Positions 37,501 to 52,500 of a stretch of 64,000 nt of DNA are shown in pieces (the first letter of the stretch is position 1; every line of letters begins with the position of its first letter). The notes under the pieces are model-generated. The model was not told the origin of the DNA. It did not search any database and was given only the letters and a program-made list of their open reading frames with translations. Both the position numbers and the translations under genes were made by a program. This DNA is from Enoplolaimus lenunculus (taxonomy: Eukaryota): NCBI GenBank assembly GCA_030248215.1, contig JASANG010001107.1, positions 558,001 to 622,000 on the forward strand, given 5' to 3'.

Positions 37501-40500
37501 GGTTGTTTCGTTAAGCTGCACAAAAGGGTGAAAAACTTTCGAATCTCAGTCTTCAATTCGAAACAGATATTTCTACGCTCGACATACTAACTTTTTGCTT
37601 CCTGCCTTCAGTGAAAATTTTACACTGTGTATATCCTTTAAAAATCTCAAAAAGAACGAGTTTTCTCAAAATGTTTCGGAATAAAATTCGTTAGACCATT
37701 TATAACTTCAGATTTTTAATGATGGGTTTCGTATTTGAAAAATGTTACAAAAGAAATAAGTACTAATATAATTCTAACTTAAAATTACCAATAGTTACCC
37801 CTGTAAAATATGGTATTATTTTAATTGTGACCACTATATTGATGTATAGATAGATGAGAACTTAAAAAACCAGGGTACAACCGGAGGTCGGTGTTCTGCT
37901 TCGGCGTAAAACTGATGTCAAACTCATGTATAATTATTGCGACAAGTTTTGGCATTTCGGTTGTGAAATTTATGCATTTCTATAGCAGTTATGTAGTTCA
38001 GAAGTTTGTTGACCTCCAGGTCCCGCGCTGGTATATTTCTATACTGGCTACTCGATGGGAAAACCCAAGAAAGAAGAGCATTTATTCCCGCAGTTATTTG
38101 CAATTCCAATTTTGAATTTGCGATCGCTAATATTAATCTTCTGCCCAAAGCAGGTGCTGTGTTCTGCGAATAGTTACCGTTATTGGTGTGTGGAATTTTT
38201 GATTCAGCGCCGTCGTAGTTCGTTTCCACGTTCATCTAACATTCAGGAAATGATATTGTATGCTATATTGCTCACGTTTAAGGTTATAGCTTAGGTTTAT
38301 GCTTAGCCTTAAACTTAGATTTACATTTTTATATCAACTTAGGCCTTGGTAAAGGCTGAGGTAAACTCTTAGACTTAGGCGTATGCTAAGGCATAGGTAA
38401 GTCTTGTCCTTGTAAGCCATAGCTTTAAAGCCGAAGAGTAAATGTGGATTAAACTGTACAACAGATCTCACTCTGACTAGATGATGCTTACAATACAATA
38501 TGAGGTTTAAAGTTTCAATGACCTTGAAAAATGACAAAACTTTTTGCAACAATATTGTGAAATTTTATAAGATAAATTAATGGCAGCCTCCGTCTTTAAT
38601 AGCCGTATAAATAAGACTAATTGTTTATAAAATGCATTTTATTATAGGTATAAGGATTGGTTACTAGGGCTTTTAGCCCACAAGTGGTCCGGGGGCTCAG
38701 TCCCCCAGGAAGAACTTTGTCACCTATAGAAAATTTTTCACCTTGCTTGCAAGTCATCGGAAACACCTTATATGCCCCGCCTGAAAAATTTTTAACCTCT
38801 CCCTAGCAAGGTGAGCTGGCTATGGGTCTGTGGTTACTATCATATTTTTGCTTGAAATTCATTTTACTGGTTCTTGCTGTCAGATCGACCGGACAATCCT
38901 GCACTAATCGTCTGGAGTTTTAAGTACTTTAAGAAGCAAACACGATTACAAGCTAAATTTTGCAACATAGTTTGGACAAAGATAAGTGTTGGTATGGTAT
39001 GTCAATCCTAGTGCCGTGGTTAACACACTACAATCCTTTTACGGTATCGCTCCTTTAGGGGGAAGCAAATTGCATGATACTGCTCGAGTAAATTTAGTCG
39101 TATTTTTCTAGAATTTTCATATGAGCTTTGTAAATAGTTGGAACGTGGTTATTAATCGATGTGCGATCAAACCCATTAAAATCCTGCAAAATGTCACTTT
39201 TATTCCATTGCGCCTCTTGAAATTGCCTGGGGAGAAGTTTATTTGATACCCTTAGGAGTGGGACATTGCCTGATGTCTTATTGGGTGAAACTCGGATTCA
39301 CATGAAACAAAACAGGAATTTTGCTGTTTACGTGTTCAGTGTGGTCAATCCAAAAAACAGGGGGCGAACAGTAATACAATCATATACCTGATATTAAACC
39401 TAAGCGTAAGAAAGAACTTACAACTAAGCCTAAGCCTAAGCCAAAAAATAGACTAAGGCTTAAGCTTACTCTATTCCAGTCTCGCAGAAAAACGTTCCAC
39501 CCATGATTTTTTCATAGGCTCTGAATGTTAAAGTGCGAAAATTCTTAACAGCATACTCTTTTAAGTTTGTTTTTGACCCTACGAGCAGAGAAAACGACTC
39601 GATTTCATGCGTTTACCATTTATTTAGGAATATTTTCTAATTTTAGTGATACTTTTGTTAACACAGAATGTCTTTATTTACACAGCAGAGTTTCGCTCGA
39701 CGTGGTGGTCAGTTTAATTTATTTCTGATAAAATAAATAAATGTCTTAAAATAGCTATTTGAGATGAGTATAAATATGTATCAATAATGTGGCTCAGTTT
39801 AATAAAACTAGGATATAATAGTTTCGTTTTAAAGGTTATCAATTTGTTTTGTATTTATATTTAAACTGTTGCCCCATCTCAGAATCAAAAATTGTAACAA
39901 GTATTGTATGTGGTTGGCACTGAAGTAATAAATGTTCATTGCAGTACGGTTTAGGGTTGCGCTATACTTTTGTTGACGTCCGGCGCCTTCGTCACCCGTC
40001 CGGCGCCGTCCGTCACCGTGAGGTCCGTCGGTCACCGTGTGGTATCGTACGCAAATAATTCACGTACGATAAGGTATGGTACGAACGGTGACGAACAGCG
40101 CCGTACGAATAACGGACGGCGTTCAAGCGCAACCCTTAAAGCTATTTCAAATGCAAAATCTATCGGTAATATTTTGTCAATTGTTCAACTTTAGGATTAA
40201 ATTTAATTTTAGTCTTGCATTATAATGCGGTCATTTATAGCAAGAGTGCATGATACTCTTCAACAAGAGTATGCAACTGGGTACATTCTGTGTAGAAATA
40301 TCTGGGAGACGATAGGGTGTCAAATTTTTTTCGCAAACAAAACAGGTACTTCATGATTTATTTATATCAAACATATTCTGTTTATATTTTTAAAAGCAAG
40401 ACTCAATTTAGTGCGCATTAAAACTAAAATCGACCCCTTTGAATAAGCAAATGTGGTTGGGCAATAGCACAACGAGTGCTGGTACGTTTTGTACCGCACA

Positions 40501-43500
40501 CAACCTAGCAAGTTGCACACTTTTGTGATCATCGACTCTTCCTTATAGTTGACGCGCTAGTTTATTTGACGCTTTTTATTTTTAATATGGTTTACTAATA
40601 TTTTGCCACATAAGAGATTTTCTGATCTGAAAATCGACATAGACGTAAAGCTTAATTTAAAAGTGAAACAGGGCTGAATTCCTAATCGTACCGTTGTGTT
40701 TCTCTTTAATTACACAAGGTTTATGGTCAACTGGTCATCACACAACTTTTAGAATATGGGCACAGAGCACAGCAGCGCAAATATATTCAAGTAAAGCTTA
40801 AATTAGACTCCTCTCGAATTGTGACTTGAGTATCAAAAATTGTATCTTGAATGCACTGCACACGTACAAACGTACACATACACCAACCACCATATGTGAC
40901 CTCATTACATTTCCGATTTTGCTCCGTCAAACGTCGCGGACAAAACACCTGGCGCGGTTTTAAATTCGATTGCTACAATTGAAATTTAAACTCAGAAATT
41001 GAATATGAGTTGACGCGTGTTATTATATAGTAATTTTAATAATTTGCAGTATTTTCCGGAAAGACTCGCGTGCGCGCGCACTAGGTTTCCAAATAAGCAA
41101 ACTACCTACAGCTACAAATATCAACTTTGTTCACGAGTAAGAATTCTCAAATACAGGTAATGTGCCAAATTTTACTTGGCTTGTTCAAAATTTATATGTC
41201 CTATAACCAACTGGTGATAGGTAGGTGCTACATACATTTGACAATACGGTCACTAGTCTTTAGACAATAAAGCGTAATTTGTTGCATAACGCGGCATTTG
41301 CAGTGTAGCGATTCCGTTATTTCTTCCCGTGGGCACGCGATTTAAACACTCGGACTATCATTTATTTTAGGCAAACTTAGTGTTTTTAATGCAATACCTA
41401 TAGTTTAACTTAAAGGTTTAAGGTTAAAATTTTTTGCAGGTTTTGGCAATTTGTTTATTATAAATAGGAAAAAAGAATATTTGTAATTTGACTCAATCTG
41501 TAGCCTCATTTTGCTTTACCATTTTTGCAGTTGGCAATCTAAAAACATGCGCTGCACGTTATTTACAGCGATAAAACCTTGTTAAACGCAGACAATTAAT
41601 CGTATGTTAATTATTGGATATAAATATACTTCTGCGCTGAACTGAAACCAAACACATTTTATTATTAAAAACCTACGGCACATTTTTGAAATTTTAGCGT
41701 TTTTGCAGCAAAATCATATGAACACGATAGTGTTCATATATATGATTCGCGCATCTCAAGCGCGTATTTCCAGTTTAGTTCGCATGTTGGTGCCCAAGTA
41801 ATATCAGACCTGTATCGTTTAAATTTTGTACACTGGTATCCTGGTACGTAGGGAATATTTGTGCCAAAGGATTTTGTAAACCAGTGTGGTCTTCAATAGT
41901 TACGGTCAAAAAACTCCATACAGAAAGTGCACGAAATTTTTCATTTTGGTTCAACACTTTTTACACGTTAGCTATGTAATTTTACGATTATAACTTTCAC
42001 CACTTTATAGAGTTTACGGTTGGTTTCACCCCAACGGTTGGTTTCACCCCAACGGTTGGTTTCACCCCAACGGTTGGTTTCACCCCAACGGTTGGTTTCA
42101 CCCCAACGGTTGGTTTCACCCAAACGGTTGGTTTTGCCCCAACGGTTGGCTTCAGCTCAACGGTTGGTTTCACCCCAACGGTTGGCTTCACCCCAACGGA
42201 TGGTTTCACCCCAACGGATGGTTTCACCCCAACGGATGGTTTCACCCCAACAGTCGGTTCCACCCCAACGGTTGGTGTCACCCCAACGGTTGGTTTCACC
42301 CCAACGGTTGGTTTCACCCCAACGGTTGGTTTCACCCCAACGGTTGGTTTCACCCCAACGGTTGGTTTCACCCCAACGGTTGGTTTCACCCCACCGGTTG
42401 GTTTCACCCCAACGGTTGGTTTCACCCCAACGGTTGGTTTTGCCCCAACGGTTGCTTTCACCCCAACGGTTGGTTTTGCCCCAACGGTTGGTTTGGCGCC
42501 AACGGTTGGTTGTGCCCCAACGGTTGGTTTTGCCCCAACGGTTGGTTTTGCCCCAACGGTTGCTTTTGCCCCAACGGTTGGTTTTGCCCCAACGGGTGGT
42601 TTCAGCTCAACGGTTGGTTTCAGCTCAACGGTTGGCTTCACCCTAACGGTTGGTCTCACCCCAACAGTCGGTTTCACCCCAACGGTTGGTTTCACCCCAA
42701 CGGAAGGTTTCACCTCAACGGTTGGTTTCACCCCAACGGTTGGATTCACCTCAACGGTTGGTTTCACCCCAACGGTTGGTCTTACCCCAACAGTCGGTTT
42801 CACCCCAACGGTTGGTTTCACCCCATCGGTTGGTTTTGCCCCAACGGTTTGGTTTACCCCAACGGTTGGTTTCACCCCAACGGTCGGTTTCACCCCAACG
42901 GTTGGTTTTACCTCAACGGTTGGTTTCACCCCAATGATCGGTTTTACTCCAACGTTTGGTTTCACCTCAACAGTTGGTTTCACCTCAGCGGTTGGCTTCA
43001 CCCCAACGGTGAGCTTCACCCCAACGGTTGGTTTCACCCCTACGGTTGGATTCACCTCAACGGTTGGTTTCACACCAACGGTTGGTTTTACCCCAACGGT
43101 GGGCTTCACCCCAAAGGTTGGTTTCACTCCAACGATTGGTTTCACCCCAACGATTGGTTTCATCCTAACGGTCGGTTTCACCCCAACGGTTGGTTTCACC
43201 ACAACGGTTGGTTTCACCCCAACGGTTGGTTTTACCCCAATGGTTGGTTTCACCCCAACGGTTGGTTTCAACCCAACGGTTGGTTTCACCCTACACAGTC
43301 GGTTTCACCCCAACGGTTGATTTCACCCCAACGGTTCGTTTTACCCCAACGGTTGGTTTCACCCCAGCGATCGGTTTTGCCCCAACGGTTGGTTTCATCT
43401 CAACGGTTGGCTTCACCTCAACGGTTGGCTTCACCCCAACGGTTGGTCTCACCCCAACAGTCGGTTTCACCCCAACGGTTGGTTTCACCCCAACTTTTGG

Positions 43501-46500
43501 TTTTGCCCCAACGGTTTGGTTTACCCCAACGGTTGGTTTCACCCCAACGGTTGGTTTCACCTCAACGGTTGGCTTCACTGGTTTCACCCCAACGGTCGGT
43601 TTCACCTCAACAGTTGGTTTCACCTCAGCGGTTGGCTTCACCTCAGCGGTTGGCTTCACCCCAACGGTTGGTTTCACGTCAACGGTTGGTTTCACCCCAG
43701 CGATCGGTTTTGCCCCATCGGTTTGTTTCACCTCAACGGTTGGCTTCACCTCAACGGTTGGTTTTACTCCAACGATTGGTTTCACCCTAACCATTGGTTT
43801 CATCCTAACGGTTGGTTTTACCCAAATGGTTGGTTTAACCCCAACGGTTGGTTTCGGTTTCACCTCAACGGCTGGATTCACTCCAACGGTTGGTTTTACC
43901 CCAACGGTTGGTTTTACCCCAATGGTTGGTTTTACCCCAACGGTTTACCCCAACGGTTGGTTTCACCCCAACGGTTGGTTTCACTCCAACGGTTGGTTTT
44001 ACCCCAACGTTGGTCCTGGTTTCACCCCAACGGTTGGTTTCACCCCAACGGTTGGTTTCACCCCACCGGTTGGTTTCACCCCAACGGTTGGTTTCACCCC
44101 AACGGTTGGTTTCACCCCAACGGTTGGCTTCACCCCAACGGTTGGCTTCACCCCAACGGATGGTTTCACCCCAACGGATGGTTTCACCCCAACAGTCGGT
44201 TCCACCCCAACGGTTGGTGTCACCCCAACGGTTGGTTTCACCCCAACGGTTGGTTTCACCCCAACGGTTGGTTTCACCCCAACGGTTGGTTTCACCCCAA
44301 CGGTTGGTTTCACCCCAACGGTTGGTTTCACCCCAACGGTTGGTTTCACCCCAACGGTTGGTTTCACCCCAACGGTTGGTTTCACCCCAACGGTTGGTTT
44401 CACCGCAACGGTTGGTTTCACCCCAACGGTTGGTTTTGCCCCAACGGTTGGTTTTGCCCCAACGGTTGGTTTTGCCCCAACGGGTGGTTTCAGCTCAACG
44501 GTTGGTTTCAGCTCAACGGTTGGCTTCACCCTGACGGTTGGTCTCACCCCAACAGTCGGTTTCACCCCAACGGTTGGTTTCACCCCAACGGAAGGTTTCA
44601 CCTCAACGGTTGGTTTCACCCCAACGGTTGGATTCACTTCAACGGTTGGTTTCACCCCAACGGTTGGTCTCACCCCAACAGTCGGTTTTACCCCAACGGT
44701 TGGTTTCACCCCAACGGTTGGTTTCACCTCAACGGTTGGCTTCACTGGTTTCACCCCAACGGTCGGTTTCACCCCAACGGTTGGTTTTACCCCAACGGTT
44801 GGTTTCACCCCAATGATCGGTTTTACTCCAACGTTTGGTTTCACCTCAACAGTTGGTTTCACCTCAGCGGTTGGCTTCACCCCAACGGTTGGTTTCACCC
44901 CTACGGTTGGATTCACCTCAACGGTTGGTTTCACACCAACGGTTGGTTTTACCCCAACGGTGGGCTTCACCCCAAAGGTTGGTTTCACTCCAACGATTGG
45001 TTTCACCCCAACGATTGGTTTCATCCTAACGGTCGGTTTCACCCCAACGGTTGGTTTCACCACAACGGTTGGTTTCACCCCAACGGTTGGTTTTACCCCA
45101 ATGGTTGGTTTCACCCCAACGGTTGGTTTCAACCCAACGGTTGGTTTCACCCTACACAGTCGGTTTCACCCCAACGGTTGATTTCACCCCAACGGTTCGT
45201 TTTACCCCAACGGTTGGTTTCACCCCAGCGATCGGTTTTGCCCCAACGGTTGGTTTCATCTCAACGGTTGGCTTCACCTCAACGGTTGGCTTCACCTCAA
45301 CGGTTGGCTTCACCCCAACGGTTGGTTTCACGTCAACGGTTAGTTTCACTCCAACGGTTGGTTTCACACCAACGGTTGGTTTTACTCCAACGGCGGCTTC
45401 ACCCCAACGGTTGGTTTCACTCCAACGATTGGTTTCACCCCACCGATTGGTTTCATCCTAACGGTTGGTTTTACCCAAATGGTTGGTTTAACCCCAACGG
45501 TTGGTTTCACCTCAACGGCTGGATTCACTCCAACGGTTGGTTTTACCCCAACGGTTGGTTTTACCCCAATGGTTGGTTTTACCCCAACGGTTGACCCCAA
45601 CGGTTGGATTCACCTCAACGGCTGGTTTCACTCCAACGGTTGGTTTTACCCCAATGGTTGGTTTTACCCCAACGGTTGGTTTTACCCCTACGATTGGTTT
45701 CACCACAACGTTTGGTTTCACCCTAACCATTGGTTTCACCCCAACGGTCGGTTTCATCCCAACGGTTGGTTTCACCCTAACGGTTGGTTTCAACCCAACG
45801 GTTAGTTTCAGCCCAACGGTTGATTTCACCCAACGGTTGATTTCACCCCAACGGTTGGTTTTATCCCAACGATTGGTTTCACCCCAACGGTTGGTTTTAC
45901 CCCAACGGTTGGTTTCACCCCAACGGTCGGTTTCACCCCAACGGTTGATTTCACCCCAACGGTTGGTTTCATCTCAACGGTTGGTTAGCCCCAACGGTTT
46001 GTTTCACCGCAGTGGCTGGTTTCACCCCAGCGGTTAATTTCACTCCAGCGGTTAATTTTGCCCCAGACGTTGGTTTCACACTAACGGCTGGTTTCACCTC
46101 AACGGTCGGTTTCAGCCCAAGGGTTGGTTTCACACAAACGGTTAGCTTCACCGCAACGGACGATGTCACCCCCATCGTTTGCTTCGTCCCAACTCTTGGT
46201 TTCATACAAATACTTTGATTAGGCGCTTGTTGCCATGACAATAGTTTCTTTCAACCAAGCTATCTATTTAAACTCAGTATTTACTTTAATCAGTCCTCTC
46301 ATTTTTCATAACCTGGATTGGTGGATTAATGCAGCAGCTTGGTAAAGCGGTTGAAACTAGAAAAAAATGCTCAGCACTTGAGCAAAAAGGGATATGTTTC
46401 ATATTCCTATTAAAAGTATGGTAAACTAGATCAGCACATTCGCTTGATGTAACCTGGAAAAGTATTAAGAAACAATAGCGGCCAAAATCATGTTAATTAT

Positions 46501-49500
46501 TAATTTTTCTGAAACATATTGCGGACAGCAAAATTTCTGTAATATTTTTTGTAAGAAACAGATGCTTTTCTTGAATGCAAAGCGAAATTATTTCTGAAAT
46601 GTAGACAGATTTAGCTTGGAATCCATGAATGTATATTGAAGTTCTCTACAAAACGTATTAAATTTACCTATGGCTTTGTATTACCATAGTTAATTGAATT
46701 TCATAAGAGCATTGTGTGGCGACATAATGGCTGTTAGATTTTTGATGACCAATTTTGTTAGATACTTTCTTAAACAGACGTCACAAAACGAATCGCAATT
46801 GATGCTTTAAAAAGGCTCCAGTTATAAGTGACTTTTGAGTTTACTCGATTTTTTACCTTTGTGACTAATTATATAAATGCGCATTTCCCACCCGAGTTAT
46901 TTATCTGTTTCACTGCATAGTCACAACTATAGAAGCTCACAAATCGCACCGTATTCTGGCAACATCGATTAACTTGCAAAATCAAAGAACGGTGTACCTC
47001 AGCCATGTCTCTGCGACCCTAACGAATTTTTGAAAATTCCTAACAAATCCTGTCAAAAACTTAAATGTTAGAAATAGATTTGCTGTCCGCAAGATGTTTC
47101 AGAAAAATTAATAATTAACATGATTTTGGCCGCTATTGTTTCTTAATACTTTTCCAGGTTACATCAAGCGAATGTGCTGATCTAGTTTACCATACTTTTA
47201 ATAGGAATATGAAACATATCCCTTTTTGCTCAAGTGCTGAGCATTTTTTTCTAGTATAATTATTCTATCGCAACGGAATTCATACGAAAATTACATGCAA
47301 AACGAAGACTTTCCAATTTTTGTCGGAATCTTTGGGTCAATTAACGTTTTTCCTACAGATTAAACGCGAAAATTTCAATTGATATCTACGGAAAACGGCC
47401 AAGTAAAGATCGGGGGCGGAAAGATTTTCTATGGGACTGCAATAGAGTAGGGCTAAGCTTTGGACTTATTTTTTGAATGGCTTAGGCTTAGGCTTAGGAA
47501 TATGCTCGTTCTTACCCTTAGGTTTAGGCTTAGGCTTAAGCTTCGGCTTACGAATATGCTTATAATACTGTTACGCCCCTGTTCTTTACATTGGCCGAGA
47601 AAACTATAATTGATGCATAGTTTTAATGATTTTTACTTTTTTAAACAGATAACTTTGCATTGCAGCTATTCATTAATAACTTAAAACCTGCTTAAAATAT
47701 AAACATTATTTTATATCCTATTTATATTAGATTTGTTTAAAAAATTATACAAAATATTCAGGTAATTATAATTATTAAAGCTGGTAACATATCGTCATAT
47801 ATCATGCAGTTATCGTGGATATCAGTATTGGTGAGTTTTATTTTGGTCGGAATTTTACAATAAGTTCTAGCTTAATATTTAAACCAATTGGTGTATTTTT
47901 TATTAGAAGTTTACATATTTCAAATCTTTAGCCATGTATTACTATCACACAGATCACGTCATATGCTGCAAAGCATGTACCGAAGGACCAAGGGATTGGG
48001 CCCCATATTTTTGGTGTCTGATAAATTTGCATAACATTCAATGTCAAATTCCGCGAAGAATAGTAAAGTCCTACCTTGCAAATTACTAAAAGTGCATTTG
48101 GCGCCTTGTTTGCTTCGTTCGCGAAATACCTTCCGCCATTTATACTTCATACCCTGGTGTGCATAGCTCTCCTCGTGTTTAGATCAGCTGCTGCACCCCT
48201 GCTTGTGAAGGATGCTTTTCAAAAACGGCTTCTCTATATGATTTTACCCGATCGAAACACACTTTCCAAATAAAAAAAATAACGTCTCTGTTATACACAA
48301 TTTTGATAATTACATGCTAAATAGGCAGCCATTTGGCAGTTTATTTGCTTAGTCATCATTGCTTTGCGACGTTTAGCGCACGCAGGTGCTATCGTTATTT
48401 CCTTTTTAGTTGTAGGGTTTTTAGCTTTTTAACGGGAATTTAGAAATTTATTCAGTTGTGTTGTCGAGAAAAGTATAAAAAACTTGAGTTTTGCTGTGGT
48501 AATGGTAAAAAGGAAATTTGTGAAAATTTTATGGCTGAAATTTTTTTCGGTTTATGAGTGCATGTACGGGCCCGTAGCCAAGGAGGCTCAGCCCCCCTCC
48601 CCCTGAAAAAATTTTGTCCCCCCTAGAAAGTTTTCAACCTTTGTTGCAAATCATTGGAAACCTTGAATGTCCCTCCTGAAAATTTTTAGCCCCCCTAGCA
48701 AGGTGAGCTGGCAACGGGACTTTTGCAAGAGTGTCCCCACGGGGGCATGTGGGAGCCGTGCCCTCTGACTTCTGCTGATGTTATCCAAATAGACTTGGTG
48801 TAAAATTAAACCATCATTAAATTGCAATTCTTCTAGGGGTCCCTAAAATTATTAAATTTCTGCAAACGCCCGTGTATGAGCGGTCGCATGATTGACACCC
48901 AACATTCAATAGGTGCTGATTAGCTATCGATGTATTTAGAAAATTAACACCGCAGAAGTGCATGACAGCCTTTGAACTTTTAACCCAGGTCTCATTAGAA
49001 AGTTAGGATTTCTGGGTTTTCTGTGCCAAATACCTAAAAACTATGGTAAAAACAGACGACAAGAGATAACACGTCTTGCATTGAGCGCAATTTGTTAATC
49101 TCACCGTGTCAAAATATCTCCTTAAGACGCTTGAAAACTGAAAATTTCAAAACACAAATACGAAAATATCCTTTCCGCTCTTGGATTCGCCACCACCCAG
49201 TCCAATGATATGAGATATTTTACGTTTTACCTACAATGAGTTGTATTTGCTCTTAATATAAACATTTCGATTGTAATGTCAAAGCGGTTATTTGAGTGAT
49301 GCCAAGACTAAATATTTTTGGATATTTTTCACAACAAGCGGGTGATAAAAGGTACCGAAGACAGTTTGAAAATTTGGAAGCTGTATCATTATTGATTATA
49401 AGGAGACTAAATAAACCAATACGTGTTAAAATTGGCTGCGGCAATTGTTTGTGTAAAATTTAAAATATTTAAATTATTTAAAATATTTAATAGGGGTCAT

Positions 49501-52500
49501 AGCCAGACGGGGGCCAGGAGGGGGCGTAGTGCACTGGAAGAATTTTGATCCCCTTTTAGAAAACTTTGCACTTGCTTAAGTCATCGAAAACTATTGCATG
49601 CCCCTTCTGTAAATTTTTTAGCCCCCTTGCCAGGTGAGCTAGCTACGAGCTTGATTGAATATCAGAACTGTGGCACCTCAGTGAGTTTACGTTATGAAAC
49701 ACAGCCTTTTATAGCAAATAAATTTTGTTCGCGTAGACTACTGGGACGCTGGTTCAATAAAAGCGCTTTTTTTGAGAAATCTTTTGTCTTTCTCATGCAA
49801 GTTCTCTTCTGAGTAGTGTTTTAGCCAAAATAACTCCAGATGTGGTGCTTATACAACACGAGTTAAAAACGTTTTTCGCGTTCGGAAATATATCCGCAGA
49901 CTAACAAACGTCAATATACTTATTAAATACCCTCTGAAATCTGTAAGATATCAAAACACAAAACAATGTCCTGATCCTCCAAAACGGAAAATCGTGAAAT
50001 ATGCAGCATTCAGATTTACAATTTGCAATATCTCTGCAAAAACTGCGTTTTCTCTTGTCATTACAGAAATTTCCAGATAATTTATTTCCCGTCATCGTTT
50101 GGAAACACCGCAGACTTGTTTGTTTCGCCCTTTCACCTTTATCGCCCCTCTATTGACCATATTCCTCAAGACAAACAATTCGGTTGTATCCAAAATCGAC
50201 ACAAGGTTCAAACCAATACTAACGCTTTCACTAGTAACCATCTATACATAGACTAACATTGCCAAATCCAGGCTGTATTTAATAGCGTTTTACTAGCAAC
50301 GGTATAGACGTTGAAATGAGATGCTAACGGGTAAAAGCTTGCGCGTATGCCTATTATATTCAATGAATACTGATCGCGGTTGCTTGTATATTCGAGCGTA
50401 GCAGAGATTTAAGTTTAGACGCATTGTATTGTAAAAAGGTTTCGGCCAAATATATGTGTATACATACGCGGGATTTTCCCTGTTTTGGACATTAGTTTCA
50501 ACAATTGTATCATAACTCGGAAGCTTGGTAAATCTATTGTCGGCTTAAAGCATGAATCGCTTTTGCGTTGAATTTCTCAACTTATTTTTGACAAAAATGA
50601 TTTCTGTTGCAAGTAGGGTCTTCTGGCCGGAAACCATTTCAACAGCGGATGCATGATTTTTTGCTGAAGAGGATACTTTTTGCGCTTTTAACACTTAAGA
50701 CTTGTTAGTATCTGTTTAGCAAATATTTTTTATATTGTAAGATTATAAATCGCGCTGAAATCGCTAAATTGTTTTGAACTTGTGTTCTATCGCCACGGTA
50801 TGTTTCGGCTGTTATAAGTTAGCGAACAAATTCTGTGAACTTTAGACGAATTTGAATAGCATAATTTGTAACAACAAGATGGCTGCAAACAACAAATTAT
50901 TTAAACTTTTTCAACCTAGTCACAGCGCGAATTTGGGGCAATGTATAGAACAGCGCCGTAATACTGTTGTAAGTATATTTCTAAGCTTAAGTCTAAACGT
51001 AAGAATGAGTTTAAACCTAAGCTTAAGCAAAAAATGGTCTAAAGCTTACGTCCTGATTCTACCCATAATTGTTTGTGAATTTATCAAACATTTTCAATGG
51101 TGGAATTTGTAGCTACATTTCCCCCTATAGATCTTCCCTGCTGATAAGTTTTTCTTTCAAATCAAGCCGAAAAACATGCTCCCTTGTAGTTATTTTGGCA
51201 ACGATTGTAAATGTATTCGCATGTTTGAAACTTTTTTCGAGCTGCACAATTGAATATGATTTAAAAATAAATGCCTAATAAGTATACTCGTAAATAATCA
51301 AAAATGGGCAAAATGAATAATGTTACTTCATTTATTACTGCGCACAACTTTTAAAGTATTACGAACAGGATCTAAACCAGCTAAGGTAGACTAACAATTA
51401 GCGTCAAACGCGTTTTTAGTTCAAATTATAGTGTCATTTTAGTTTAAAACTTTTGCTTATAATGGTTCGATTTTGAAAATTTTTGCATAATTTTAGCCTT
51501 CTAAATTAGAATTCTAATTCATCGGAAATTTTATATAAACGTAGTTTAACTGTGCTAGTAAGATGGCGATCAACGTTATATTTTAATTTTGTAACAAGTG
51601 CTTGAAATTATCTGTTATATTCTCGTTATAATGAATTTCGTCTAAAGCGTTGCGGTATTCAATTTTAGAATTATAGTTAAATTATTAGCATCTGGTTTAG
51701 TTCTTTGGAAATTATTCCCAAACATTGCAGCAAAAAAGTTCTAGCTGTAGGATCTAGAGCGTTTCCAGCACGCTGTCTACTTTACCTGTTTGACGTTTAT
51801 GCTCGTTAAACACATCACATTGAATTTCTGTTCAGTATGCTTGCTGCCTACCGAAACCAAACAAGGATTCAGTAGTTAACACACGGTTCAGTAGACAACA
51901 CAGTCAAGCCAGATTAGTCGTTTTAACAAACTCAAGCTGTTTGGCTAGAGTGAACATCACCCAGTCAAGGAAACTTGGCGTATGCTTGACTTTGCCAGGC
52001 CTGTAGCTACGCCGAGTCGTTTGGCGCAGTCTACCAAAACAATTTTAAACCTTACATCCGCCTGATTGAATTTCGGCGTCCATAGTAGGAAAGATGTAAA
52101 ACCGGTTTAAGCGGTTTGAAATATCTGTGTCACTTTGTGAAATAGTTTTTTCTCATTAGCATGTTTAGCTGGCTACGAGCTTGAATTTACAGAATATACA
52201 TTTTACATTTCAGGTGTCGAACAAACGTCGCCGCAGCTTTAAAGTCGCCGTTCACGACCGAGACGGTGAAGTTGCGTCGCTGGATCGGTTTGCGACCGCT
52301 GAATTGCCGCATCAGCATCGCACTGTGGGCGGAAAACTGATGCATCGAATTGCGGAAGAGTTTTTGCCCGACCCCACCGAAAGAAAATACTACGAAGATC
52401 AGTATCGATGTTGTCCGCCGCCGATTTTTATATTGTTTATTACTCTTGTTGAGGTTAGCAAATTTGTCTGTTGTGCACCACCCTGCCCGCATGTTTAGGC

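Noticed and set aside
42510..45594. (PNGWFH)n and (PQRLVS)n ORFs as real proteins
   Set aside because: Alternative frames of a stop-free 18-mer; the commonest variants are non-synonymous in these frames.
42013..46205. CRISPR-like array (palindromic repeats)
   Set aside because: Head-to-tail units with no unique spacers, eukaryotic context, no cas genes.
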